NCBI GenBank assembly: GCA_965248435.1
Contig: OZ252100.1
Location: 832,001 to 896,000, forward strand
Reading direction: 5' to 3'
DNA length: 64,000 bases
DNA from: Candidatus Latescibacterota bacterium
Lineage (GTDB): Bacteria > Latescibacterota > UBA2968 > GCA-2709665
In this document: piece by piece, positions 19,907 through 29,542 of the stretch
How the letters are laid out: the number at the start of each line of letters is the position of its first letter
Position numbering within the stretch: position 1 is the first letter of the stretch
Notes under the pieces: model-generated
Told to the model about the DNA's origin: nothing
What the model saw: only the letters and a program-made list of their open reading frames with translations
Database searches by the model: none
Program-made: the position numbers and the translations under genes

Positions 19907-22666
19907 CTAAAGGTCGAACTTCAGGCCAGCGTGACCCCACCAGGAATAGAATTCCTGCTGAATGGGCCAATTGGCATTCATTGTGTAAAGTCGAAAAGGC
20001 GAATCCGTGACGTTGACCAATTCGACGAACAGGCGTAGCTTCGGCTGAATGCGCTGGCTAGCGGAAATGTCCAGCTGGGCGTGACGATCGTAGTAGACAT
20101 CTCTGTCCGCCGTTTCGCCAAGGAAGAAAATAAACGCACCGTGGAAATTCAGCGCGGCACGACCTGAAAAGCCGTCGCGTTCATAGGTCAAAGCGGCGTT
20201 TCCGACGTGCGCAGTCTGTCCCGGAAGTTGTGTTCTGCCTGAACGACCCGCCACGTTGGCCCGTGAGTTGGTGAAGGTGTAATTCGAGTAGATTCCGAAC
20301 CCTCCGAGGACACCGGGTAGTGTGTTAAACCGCTGCTGCCAGGAAATCTCAAGCCCCGCCAGGCTGGCACGGCCCCCGTTTCGGGGCTCGGTGACGAGGA
20401 ACTGATCATAAATTCCCCCGGATCTTTCGAATTCAAAGGTGTAGATGTAATCACTGAGCCGCTTGTAGAAGAACCCGCCGGAGATCACACCCACGGATCG
20501 AAAATAATGTTCCAGGAGAAGATCGAAATTTACCGACGTCGTCGGAAGGAGGTCGGCGTTCCCCAGGTCCAATTCTTCGTCCTCCCTGTCTACAAGCACG
20601 TAGGGGACAAGGTCGTAGTAGTTCGGGCGGGCCAGTGAGCGTGTCAGTCCCATCCTCAGATTTGTATTCTGCCCAATCCCATAGCGCAGGTGCAGCGCAG
20701 GAAAGAAGTGCCGGTAGGTGTTTTCTCCTCGTGTGATGCTGGTACTCAAATAGCTTCCGTCTTCTTCGAGTATCACATCATTGCCCGAGTATGAAAGATC
20801 TGTCTGCTCGTAGCGCAGACCCAAAAGCATGGACCAGTCCGCAGCGTTAACGCGGGTCTGTGCATAGGCCGCGTAGACACTCTCTGTCGCCTCGTAGTTT
20901 GCCGGATCGGTGTCTTCCCGGGACTGGTCTGAATTGAGTTTGAAACGGTCTTCTTCTTCCTCATAAAGGCGACGAACCTGGTCTGGATCAGGTGATCTGC
21001 CGACAGAGTAGCGCTTATTGTTCATCGCCCGCCCCGTTGACTCTCCTACAACCCGAGCCAGGTTCAGATCACCCTCATAGCCATCCATCAGACGAAGGTC
21101 GTTCTCCCGAATTTTCTTTTTGAATCTCGCCTTGCCCCCGAACTCCACGATGCCAGGGAAACCTCGTAGATTGCCTGGAATATCAAGGTCGAATCTTAGA
21201 CCCAAGTTCCGTTCCCAGGTCAGGTTGTCCTGAAGTTCGAGTTCTTTGAAGCTGAAGGCCTTCGGGTCGAAAATATCGCTTCCATTGGTAACGGAGGTGA
21301 TCGGGAACTGCATGTCGGTGATGTCGTATAACATGTCCACCTTCTTCTGTTCAAATACAATGTCCCTTCTGTTCGGCTCCTTCTCCGAGGCGTATGAATA
21401 TGACAGTCCGTACTCGGTGTTCATTGAAGGGAACGAATGGTTCAGCCCGGCCTGGATACTGTAGATGTCCTGTACCTCGTACCGGTCTTTCAACTTTCGC
21501 TCCACGCGGCCATCCCTCACATCCGTTAGAGATTCGTAATCGCCCTTGTCAAACCGAAATCTCAGGCGGCGTTGATATTCCTGATCCCCAAACCGGTTGA
21601 AAATTCCACGAAGGTTCAGCGAAGTCTGCTCGCCCAAACGGTAATCCATCACGCCGCTGATACCGAGTCGCTCACGTGTGAACGTGTAGTCCCGAATCTG
21701 GTAATCTCTCAAGACCGGTCTATCCGCCCCGCCGGCCGCCCGAGATGCCCATTTGAATTCGTTGTTGTCCGACCCTCGGTCAGTCTTGTAATAACTCCCA
21801 CTCAACATATATCCGAAGGAGCCGTCTGGGCCTACCCGTTTCCCATAGGTAACCGACCCCTGGAGGTTCGAATCAGTCACCAGGCGGTTATAGCCAGTCG
21901 CCAGAGTTGCCTTTAGAATCGTGGTTTGATCGACGGCCTCCTTCGAGGCCAGATTCACAGCCCCTCCGATTCCGTCGGCATCCATGTCCGAAGTAAGGGT
22001 CTTGTTCACGTCGATCGTGGCAACCTGATCTGCGGGGATGACGTCCAGCGCGGCGTATCGCACTTCTCCTTCAGGAGCAGGGATCGCTTCACCGTCGATT
22101 GTCACTGAAGTGAGCCTCGGTGACGTTCCTCGAATCAGGACATATCGCCCCTCTCCCTGGTCCCTCGTTATCGAGATTCCCGGAACACGTTGAATGGCCT
22201 CTGCGACATTCGGGTCGGGAAAACGTCCCGTCTGGTCGGCAGACACGACGTTTTTGATGTTGTTCGCCGTCTTCTGCAAGTTGAGTGCCCGGGCCTGGCC
22301 GTAACGGGCCCCCTCTACGATCATGGGCTCCAGCTCGAATCTAATTACATCAAGCGCGACCGCGCCGGTGGACGATGTCTTTCCATTCTCCACCGTGATG
22401 TCGAGGTGTTCGCTCCGATAACCCAGATAGGAAAAGACAAGGTTATGGTTTCCTGCCGGCACGCCTGCGATTCGGAATGTTCCCGCAACGCCCGTCGCAA
22501 TTCCCATTCGAGTCTGTTCGATAACGACATTCGTTCCCGGGAGTGGGTCGCCAGTCTTACCATCGATGACGCGGCCCGTTACAATGCCGCCAGTTCTGGA
22601 CTGCGCATCCGTGCAAAGTGCGGCAATAAAAAGGAGAGCCAGGAATTGTATTTTGAATTGCTTCAT
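19907..22666 (-). CDS. TonB-dependent receptor
   Basis: Signal peptide, CarboxypepD_reg-like N-domain, plug GRFPDPNVAEAIQRVPGISITRDQGEGRYVLIRG, GLRYEQT, C-terminal GLKFDL. Confidence 0.92.
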   Translation of the reverse strand: MKQFKIQFLALLFIAALCTDAQSRTGGIVTGRVIDGKTGDPLPGTNVVIEQTRMGIATGVAGTFRIAGVPAGNHNLVFSYLGYRSEHLDITVENGKTSSTGAVALDVIRFELEPMIVEGARYGQARALNLQKTANNIKNVVSADQTGRFPDPNVAEAIQRVPGISITRDQGEGRYVLIRGTSPRLTSVTIDGEAIPAPEGEVRYAALDVIPADQVATIDVNKTLTSDMDADGIGGAVNLASKEAVDQTTILKATLATGYNRLVTDSNLQGSVTYGKRVGPDGSFGYMLSGSYYKTDRGSDNNEFKWASRAAGGADRPVLRDYQIRDYTFTRERLGISGVMDYRLGEQTSLNLRGIFNRFGDQEYQRRLRFRFDKGDYESLTDVRDGRVERKLKDRYEVQDIYSIQAGLNHSFPSMNTEYGLSYSYASEKEPNRRDIVFEQKKVDMLYDITDMQFPITSVTNGSDIFDPKAFSFKELELQDNLTWERNLGLRFDLDIPGNLRGFPGIVEFGGKARFKKKIRENDLRLMDGYEGDLNLARVVGESTGRAMNNKRYSVGRSPDPDQVRRLYEEEEDRFKLNSDQSREDTDPANYEATESVYAAYAQTRVNAADWSMLLGLRYEQTDLSYSGNDVILEEDGSYLSTSITRGENTYRHFFPALHLRYGIGQNTNLRMGLTRSLARPNYYDLVPYVLVDREDEELDLGNADLLPTTSVNFDLLLEHYFRSVGVISGGFFYKRLSDYIYTFEFERSGGIYDQFLVTEPRNGGRASLAGLEISWQQRFNTLPGVLGGFGIYSNYTFTNSRANVAGRSGRTQLPGQTAHVGNAALTYERDGFSGRAALNFHGAFIFFLGETADRDVYYDRHAQLDISASQRIQPKLRLFVELVNVTDSPFRLYTMNANWPIQQEFYSWWGHAGLKFDL

Positions 22667-22839
22667 GGGTGACTTCTAGTGATGACCCGATTCGTGAGTC
22701 GGCCTATTAGCTGAAAATCAAAAGGCTCAACGGCGTAATTCGTTTAGCCAGACTGTCGAGCCCCCCGACGTCCCAGGCGGATAGCCAACTCGAGTGGTGA
22801 ACGACCCAACACCCGCCACAAACCGTCGTAACTACTATA

Positions 22840-22868
22840 AGAATAAGGATATCTAACCGTTTTGTCAA
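22840..22868 (-). promoter_or_regulatory. Putative sigma70 promoter for the TonB receptor operon
   Basis: TTGACA-17 bp-TATTCT on the minus strand, about 170 nt upstream of the ATG at 22666. Confidence 0.55.
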
Positions 22869-22937
22869 CAAATCAGAGTTTACAGATGGATAGGAGGAAG
22901 TCTTGAGGTAGAAAGGTGGGCTTGATTGAAGAAGATT

Positions 22938-22975
22938 AGAAGGTCGTGAGCAAGCGTGCCCACGACCTTCTTTCT
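22938..22975. terminator. Hairpin downstream of the decayed kinase, probable terminator
   Basis: AGAAGGTCGTG-N12-CACGACCTTCT. Confidence 0.55.
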
Positions 22976-23005
22976 GTTTCAAGCATCGACCAGATCAGGA
23001 CAAGA

Positions 23006-23946
23006 TTAGGCCTTCGCAGCTTTACTCCCGGAAAACGGCAAGCTGATCGTAACGTCCGTCCCTCTTCCCACTTCACTCTCAATTCTGATATCTCCCTCGT
23101 GCTTTCGGACGATGTTATACGCGGTTGAGAGACCCGAGTGCATTTTTACGCGTGTCCCTCCGGCCGAAAACCCGAAATCGAAGATTCTCTCTAGCCTCTG
23201 CTGTCGATTCTAAGTCGAAGATCCAGATTACCCTCTGCGACACTACCAGCTGCCTGGGCGAGCTGCTTGACGGGTACTGTGACCAGACGAACGAGCACCA
23301 CGGCCATCGACGTCGACACAAGCGCGGTCACGATAAGCAGTAGGATGAAGATCCTGCGGGTCTCCCGATACGTCTCATCAGCCCTTTGGGCGGCCTCGAG
23401 GGAGCCTTGTTGATTGATGTTTACGAGTTCCTCCAAATCGTCTGCAAACGCGTTGAAGACTTCCAGCGCTTCTCCGTTGAGCAGCTTTACGGCTTTCTCG
23501 CTTTCATTCTCCCGGGAGTGTTTGAAGATCTGAAAAAACAGGTCCTGATACATCTCCCAGCGCTGAGTGAACCTGTTGAAGAGAGACCGCTCCTCATCAG
23601 AATACAGGTTCCTTTGCTCGGAGTATCGCTTGAGCTCTTCGTATGTGTCCAGGTTCTCGTTGATCTTGTCAACGAGGACGATCATCAGTTTCGCCTGTTC
23701 TTCTTTAAGGGCCGGGTTAGCCGCAAAAGCGTGCTGGAGCTGGTAAAGTCTGAGGTCTGACGTATAGAGATTGATATCGGAAATTGCCGAAATCCGTTTC
23801 AGCCAATTGGAGGTCACTTCGTCGATCTCATTCTTCAGCTCCTGGATCTGCAGCAGGTAATACACATTGACACCCGCCATGATCAGAAGAATGAGTCCAA
23901 ATCCGATCATCTGCTTGGTGCCAAGCCTCAAGTCTCTAAACGTCAC
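23006..23946 (-). pseudogene. Internally deleted membrane sensor histidine kinase (four-helix-bundle sensor + partial HAMP ... HATPase C-terminal remnant)
   Basis: ORF 23191..23946 stops mid-HAMP (LRIDSRG*). Positions 23134..23006 translate as GLSTAYNIVRKHEGDIRIESEVGRGTDVTISLP...*, the end of an HATPase_c domain. HisKA and most of the ATPase are missing. Confidence 0.85.
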
Positions 23947-23973
23947 GTCAGACCTCTAGGTCGTAGAAGAGGA

Positions 23974-24417
23974 TTAACCTTTCTTCCGGAAGGTGAGCGT
24001 CTTCACTCTTGCGTCAGTACTGTCACGACTCACATAACCTATTGCCCCCGGGGTTGAAGACACTCTTTCAACAACGGCAGACTCCGACGGCATGGATTCT
24101 GGAGGGTCACCCTCCCCAGACAGCATGCGCTTCATCCAAATCGACTTCATCCTGAATGGGGATCGCCCGATGAGTTTGAAGAAAGACTCCTGGGCAGCAG
24201 TCTTCATCTGAAGCGTGAATGGGACGATCGGCCTCCCATCATCCCAGTGTCTGGCGTCACCCGTGTAAAGGTCAATCAGCTCCGTACGCGTTATTCGATC
24301 GACGGGCACGTCTTTATGTACAATGACGATGACCTCCCCAAGTGATTGCTCGGGGAAAGACAGCAAGAGGAACATCACAGCTAGAATATACGGGACCATT
24401 GTAACCGTGTTTCCCAA
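23974..24417 (-). CDS. Small periplasmic protein, PstS/PBP2-like half-domain
   Basis: Signal peptide; VIVIVHKDVPV...EL..LYTG...W; V..VSSTPGAIGYV motif shared with phosphate-binding proteins. Confidence 0.72.
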   Translation of the reverse strand: MGNTVTMVPYILAVMFLLLSFPEQSLGEVIVIVHKDVPVDRITRTELIDLYTGDARHWDDGRPIVPFTLQMKTAAQESFFKLIGRSPFRMKSIWMKRMLSGEGDPPESMPSESAVVERVSSTPGAIGYVSRDSTDARVKTLTFRKKG

Positions 24418-24420
24418 CCC

Positions 24421-25590
24421 TCAAAAGAAGACAGATACTGCGGCAGAGTAAAAATCTTGCTTACTTTTAATTACTTCAGCGGGTATAACGGGGGGGTCCA
24501 CCTGGATAACTATTTCTTCAGCGGGTGCAGCGGGGAGATCCACCTTGAGCTCATCCGTTATGTTCACACGTCCTGCTTGAGCCTTGAAGGTGATTCGGTC
24601 GTGGATGTAGTAGGAAATTCCGCTGCTCAACACCTTGGCAGAAAAATCGACATGCGTAAGCTTTTCCACGTTATGCCAGTACGTAGCGTAGACAGACAAC
24701 CCTCCGCTGAGGTAAACCCCGAGCGTTCCATAGTAGAAGTTCTTGTCCAAGCTGATATCGGGTGCACGGTCTCGATACGACACACGAATCCACTCCCCCT
24801 CCGCATACAGGTTCCCGACATCGAACGAAAAATCCGCGCCCAGCCTGAATCTCGGAATATTCTTGAAATCCGACCTCGGCCGGAATAACTTGTAGACCTT
24901 GAGGATATTGCCGGTTACACTCGCCCTGTCGCGGGTCGCTGAAAATCCCAGCTTCATCGTCTTGTAACGTAGGCCGACCCTCCCGCCTACGAGGAACGAC
25001 GAAGTCGTGTCGACTCCTGTTTGACCCAGATCGCTGTCATCGTTGACCTGAGCGCTGTTGCCAATAAAGAGGGCGTAATCGAGCTTCATCTCGTTCGATG
25101 GTAGGAATCCGTAGACCTGGAAGAAAGCGCGAGTCGGAACGTACTCTTCGACAAAAATGAATTCCTCGAACGAGGTTTCATACACGAATGGGCGGATCAC
25201 GTAGGGCAGCAGCGGCGATCTGTTCTTGATTTCGTTAAAGTTGTTGAACGTGGGAATCTGAAGGCCGACCCTCATACTCATCTTTCCGCCCGTGCGATAC
25301 TTGACCCAGGCCTCCTCGAACTTGAGAGATCCAAAATTCCGCCCTGAATCGAAGCTGTTCACGCCCTCGATGTTGACAAACGCCGACCATCTCCTCGCCA
25401 GCGTCTTTTGAAAAAAAATGTTGAGCTGCTGCAGGCTGAAGGAGTTGAACTTGGTGCCGCTCTCGCGCACTTCGTGATGAATCAACGTCTGGAAATACCC
25501 GAAGATCCGGATCGGACCGTCTTCAGCGGCGGCTTCACGCCCTCCCAAAACCAGGAAGGTCGCGGCCAGGATGATTCGTAGAGGGTTCAC
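24421..25590 (-). CDS. Putative outer-membrane porin
   Basis: Probable GTG start at 25590 gives a signal peptide (VNPLRIILAATFLVLGGREAAA); beta-strand pattern (IRIFGYFQ, FEEAWVKY, GGRVG, GADFSF) and terminal F (AVSVFF). Confidence 0.72.
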   Translation of the reverse strand: MNPLRIILAATFLVLGGREAAAEDGPIRIFGYFQTLIHHEVRESGTKFNSFSLQQLNIFFQKTLARRWSAFVNIEGVNSFDSGRNFGSLKFEEAWVKYRTGGKMSMRVGLQIPTFNNFNEIKNRSPLLPYVIRPFVYETSFEEFIFVEEYVPTRAFFQVYGFLPSNEMKLDYALFIGNSAQVNDDSDLGQTGVDTTSSFLVGGRVGLRYKTMKLGFSATRDRASVTGNILKVYKLFRPRSDFKNIPRFRLGADFSFDVGNLYAEGEWIRVSYRDRAPDISLDKNFYYGTLGVYLSGGLSVYATYWHNVEKLTHVDFSAKVLSSGISYYIHDRITFKAQAGRVNITDELKVDLPAAPAEEIVIQVDPPVIPAEVIKSKQDFYSAAVSVFF

Positions 25591-25885
25591 GCTGGGAAGG
25601 TTCCCTTTATGGATAATTCTCTGAGCGAACTTGTGATTTTGGCTATAACAGATGGAGAAGGACCCGCAACCAACGCAACTAAGGTAATCATCCGAACTTG
25701 GATGGGCAAACTCTGTATCCGGGCCGAAAGCGGCCTTTAGGGAACACACGGCCCGACACCCCCGCAACCGAAATTCTGCACAGCGGGACGAGCCGCTACG
25801 GGCCGAGTAAGGTCCAGAAACACAAAAACCGGAGCCCATTCTGAGCTTCGGTCTCGAAATTCCATTTCTCTCGCTTTTCTACCCT

Positions 25886-26770
25886 CTATCCATCTCCGTC
25901 CGACACCAGAGGCCTCTCGGGCGCCTCTTTGTGAAACGTGATGTCGGCGTACCAGGTCGACGCCCGACTTTTCGTATTGTCCGAATCCGTCATCAGATAG
26001 ACCCGCAGAATCTTGCCCGGTTCTTCGCCGGGATAGGCCTTTTTGTAATCCTCGTAAAGGTCACGGACTTCCGGGACCCAGGTCCCGGGATGCTCCAACC
26101 CGCTTTCTGCCACGAAGCGCCACCACTTCAGCTTCCAGATCTTGGGAATAATCGTCGTTTCCGCCCTGAACATCAGGTCTTCCGGAAGTGTTTTCGACCA
26201 GATGTAGGCGACTTCTCGGATCGAGCTGCTGCCCTTCCTCTGGATCGTGATCCCGAATTTCGCCGGAAAGTCGTCGTATTTGCTTTTCAGTTTCTTGCCC
26301 TGCTCGACCTGCTGATCCTTCATCGTCGCATAGTCCACCTTCCAGCGCCACGAGACGTAACGAAACTCCGAGACCTCGATCAGGGCATCCACGCCCCTCT
26401 CGCTGATCTCGCTGTTGAGGCTCCGAGGCGGCCGCTCGCAATCCTCCAGCCATGCATTCGATTCCCGATCGAGCACCATCGGCGTGTTATTTACCGTGGG
26501 GATCTGCCAGATCAGTCCCGTGGATTGCTCGCTGGTAATCTGGACCGTGTTGCCGAAGTAGTTGAACTGCGTCGCCGATTTGCATTCGTGCCAGTCTCTC
26601 CGGTACCATTGATCCATATCCACTGACGCCTCGTCCGCCCGATCTTTGGCGTGTCCCGGGATCCCGTGCAGCGCCAGTACGACGGCGCAAAGGACCCCCG
26701 CGGCTATCAGGTGCTTTGTCATACGGTTCGGTGAAGACCGAACGGCGTTTGAAATCACGAATTTCTTCAT
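25886..26770 (-). CDS. DUF3047-like exported protein (start may be ATG 26722)
   Basis: SWRWKV, DDFPAK, AYIWS, WV.E.RDLYEDYKKAYPGEEP and LMTDSDNT motifs; signal peptide follows Met at 26722. Confidence 0.75.
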   Translation of the reverse strand: MKKFVISNAVRSSPNRMTKHLIAAGVLCAVVLALHGIPGHAKDRADEASVDMDQWYRRDWHECKSATQFNYFGNTVQITSEQSTGLIWQIPTVNNTPMVLDRESNAWLEDCERPPRSLNSEISERGVDALIEVSEFRYVSWRWKVDYATMKDQQVEQGKKLKSKYDDFPAKFGITIQRKGSSSIREVAYIWSKTLPEDLMFRAETTIIPKIWKLKWWRFVAESGLEHPGTWVPEVRDLYEDYKKAYPGEEPGKILRVYLMTDSDNTKSRASTWYADITFHKEAPERPLVSDGDG

Positions 26771-26806
26771 CTAGGATTGCCGATCCAACTGCTTCGGTGC
26801 GTTCGC

Positions 26807-28135
26807 TTACCGGACTGGCCGCATCCGAATACTCAGCTGGAGTGCCCTGAGGGTATGGAAGACGGCAGTGATCACCGTCAGGCCGAAAACGGCCCAGATC
26901 GCGCCGAGCGGCTCACCCAAAACGACACCTGCGAGTAGAATCAGCACATTCGTGTTTCGTCGTGCGCCAATCCTACGAAAAAATCTGTCTACGGACTCCC
27001 GATCGAACAGCTCGACCTTTGTATAGTGTTTGAAGATCCCGGTTGCCAGGCGGTCGAAAAAGGAGAAGAGGATGATGCCCGCGCCGATCAGCAGAGGCAA
27101 GTTCGAGTCCTCCGCTGTCCCGGACAGATAGCTGCCGATTGCCAGATACCACAAGGGTTCATACAACAGGTCCAGCACGTGGTCGAGTCGATCGCCGAAC
27201 CTGGAATAGACAAGCTTCAAGCGGGCCAGCTTTCCGTCCACGCCGTCCAGGACACCCACAGCCATCGCCATCAAGACGCCGACAACCAGCTCGCCACGCC
27301 AGAACAGCCCGACCGCAGCAAAGGCAACCAGGTTCGATACGAGTGTCACGTGCGTGGGCGTCACACCTGTATCCAAAAGCCGTCGTGCGATCCAGTTCTC
27401 CGGAACGGGGTGAAGATACTGCGCCGGCAGATCCAGGACCCCTTTCTGGGTCGCCTCTATCAGGATGTCCTGACCGGCCCGTAAATCCTCGTCGTCCTGG
27501 ACCGTGAAGCACGCCACGGGCAGCGATCGTCTCATGTTGACGACGTAGCTGGGAATCTCATTCAGGTCCAGCGTGTGGATATCGGCCTCAGACTCCCTTA
27601 ATTCAAGCGCCTTCCCCAGGTCCTGGTCCGCACCAGTCCCTAATTCCTGCGAAAACCTTGCCAGAAAGCTTCTCTGCAGTAGACTCAGGCCATAAAAATA
27701 GGTTGCATCATTATTCTGAACGGACGCTTCGTTTGATCGGATATGATCCGAAGCCTTTGGGGGAAAATGACTTACGAGGAAGGTGTTCGGTGAGCTCGAA
27801 AGCATGGACTCAACTGCCCTTCGATCGTAGACATACTCGGCGCGAAGCTGCAGGAACGACTCGTCGAGATGGTTTTCTATCGTCGTCAGCGAGTGTAGAT
27901 CTGCGGCCCTGCAGTCCATCTCGAGCAGTTCGACCTCCAGGTCCGACCCGGAGGTCGCGTACGCCAGGGCCTGTGTGAGGCCGCTCCCTCGCTTCACGGC
28001 GACGGTGACCCGTTTGACGCCACAAAGCCGCAAGAGTCTGAGATTCCGCTCGAACAGCGTCAGACCGCACAATCTGAGCAGACATCCCTGAGATCCGTCA
28101 TCTATGTCCCGGGCAACCAGAACCGCTTGTTTCAC
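26807..28135 (-). CDS. CDP-alcohol phosphatidyltransferase with N-terminal nucleotidyltransferase-like domain
   Basis: TPTHVT and LDGVDGKLAR...S.FG..LDHVLD signature; N-terminal L.LCGLTLFERNLR.L...GV resembles an NTP-transferase fold but lacks the ILAAG.G.R motif; start chosen at GTG 28135. Confidence 0.85.
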   Translation of the reverse strand: MKQAVLVARDIDDGSQGCLLRLCGLTLFERNLRLLRLCGVKRVTVAVKRGSGLTQALAYATSGSDLEVELLEMDCRAADLHSLTTIENHLDESFLQLRAEYVYDRRAVESMLSSSPNTFLVSHFPPKASDHIRSNEASVQNNDATYFYGLSLLQRSFLARFSQELGTGADQDLGKALELRESEADIHTLDLNEIPSYVVNMRRSLPVACFTVQDDEDLRAGQDILIEATQKGVLDLPAQYLHPVPENWIARRLLDTGVTPTHVTLVSNLVAFAAVGLFWRGELVVGVLMAMAVGVLDGVDGKLARLKLVYSRFGDRLDHVLDLLYEPLWYLAIGSYLSGTAEDSNLPLLIGAGIILFSFFDRLATGIFKHYTKVELFDRESVDRFFRRIGARRNTNVLILLAGVVLGEPLGAIWAVFGLTVITAVFHTLRALQLSIRMRPVR

Positions 28136-28352
28136 CTGAGTGATCGACAAATGGAAAACTCCGAAGTTTGGATGCCCGGGCAACATTTAAGGGGCACGCG
28201 GCCTCCGCGTGCCCCCGAAGGTCTATTTGTCCCAAATCCGGAGAGCGGTGATTCTTTATACCCCAGTCCGCCTCGGGCAGACCGCGGATGGCCTCACTTT
28301 CGCGTCAATTCATCCGGGCGATCAAAACATCGTGCGACTGATGGATTGTTGT

Positions 28353-28377
28353 GGGCGAACACAAGGTTCGCCCCTAC
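28353..28377 (-). repeat. GTAG-type REP palindrome (with a degenerate partner hairpin at 28190-28215)
   Basis: Minus strand GTAGGGGCGAACCTTGTGTTCGCCC; plus strand AGGGGCACGCGGCCTCCGCGTGCCCC upstream. Confidence 0.7.
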
Positions 28378-28510
28378 CAAGCGATGCGATAGAGGTTTGG
28401 GTTTACAAACGACGATCCACGATCCGCGATTAAAACGCCCCAACCGGGATCGAGACGCCCGAACGGGATCGAGACGCCCCACGTCTCCCCCGGACAACGA
28501 ACGGCGGCTT

Positions 28511-29542
28511 TTAGGTTCCTTTGCAGTTCTCGCAGATCAGGCCGTCGAGCTGCTGGGTGCGCCATCGGTGCCGCAGCTCCTGGTATGCCGCGTTCTGCCA
28601 TATTTCGCGAATAGGCCGATCGGCACAGTTGCCCATCAGGTTCGAGCGCTCCTGATCGACGCAGCACATTATCATATCTCCGTTCCACATCACCCACGCT
28701 CGCCAGAAAGGCACGACACAGAACGGTGTCCGAACGAATTCCCGATCACCCAGGTCCATGGCCTCGATATCATCGTTTGCCCTGTTGTCCAGCTTACGGG
28801 CCTTGAGAGGTATGCCCACCTTTTTCCAATAGGCCTTCTCATTCTTGAGATTGGCAATCACGGGTTCGGTCAGGACGGTCCATATCTCCATCCTGGGTTT
28901 CTCGCCCGGGACGTTGTCCAGCATCTCTTTGAACCGCAGGATATTCCCCATCACTCGATCGAATTTCAGTGGGGCCATCGCGATCTCATAGATCTCGGGA
29001 ACGATGCTGTTGAAGCTGATGTTTATCTCGTCCATCCCCCCGGACTGAAGCAGGCGGTAACCCATTTCCTCCGTGAGCAGTCCCGCGTTCGTCGTGATGC
29101 GGACCTTCGGAGCGCGGCGCTTGCCTCTTTTCCGTGCGATGTATTCCAGTCGCTCGGGCAGGTTCTTGTCCACGAGGGGATCGTTCAGCAGGTAGGGGTT
29201 GATTTGGTATAAGGATGGATAGTCCAGGATTTCGTCGATGATCTTCTCGAAGAGCTCATCGCTCATCGTCCCGTATACCTTGTTCGCTTCCTTGCCCACG
29301 GGACAGAACGTGCAGTGTGCGTTACACCCGCTCTTGGTCTGGATATCGATAGAGTGTGGATAATCGGGTGTGAAGCGGGTAAAACGAAACCACTTCACGT
29401 ATTCGACGAAGGGGATGGAACTGGACGACGGAGAGTTCGGAAGGACGACGCGATTGATCGCGTGCTTAACCTTCTTGTACCTGCTGGAAATTACAGAGCG
29501 GGTTTCGGTCTCTTCTGTACCGATGTCATGCAGGGTCGACAT
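28511..29542 (-). CDS. Radical SAM protein with SPASM/twitch domain
   Basis: CNAHCTFC cluster motif, ITTNAGLL, C-terminal C..PF....V..NGD...CC.D...MGN.....REIW...C..C; the ATG at 29542 overlaps the end of the upstream 2Fe-2S gene. Confidence 0.9.
   Translation of the reverse strand: MSTLHDIGTEETETRSVISSRYKKVKHAINRVVLPNSPSSSSIPFVEYVKWFRFTRFTPDYPHSIDIQTKSGCNAHCTFCPVGKEANKVYGTMSDELFEKIIDEILDYPSLYQINPYLLNDPLVDKNLPERLEYIARKRGKRRAPKVRITTNAGLLTEEMGYRLLQSGGMDEINISFNSIVPEIYEIAMAPLKFDRVMGNILRFKEMLDNVPGEKPRMEIWTVLTEPVIANLKNEKAYWKKVGIPLKARKLDNRANDDIEAMDLGDREFVRTPFCVVPFWRAWVMWNGDMIMCCVDQERSNLMGNCADRPIREIWQNAAYQELRHRWRTQQLDGLICENCKGT

Noticed and set aside
22667-22835. Cobalamin or TPP riboswitch in the long TonB receptor leader
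   Set aside because: No recognisable conserved boxes for either class.
25700-25790. c-di-GMP-I riboswitch-like GGGCAAAC...GAAA upstream of the porin
   Set aside because: The downstream GACGCAAAG element and second stem are absent, and the motif is on the strand opposite the porin gene.
28446-28479. 15 bp direct repeat GGGATCGAGACGCCC x2
   Set aside because: Only two copies 4 nt apart downstream of a stop codon; most simply a local slippage duplication.
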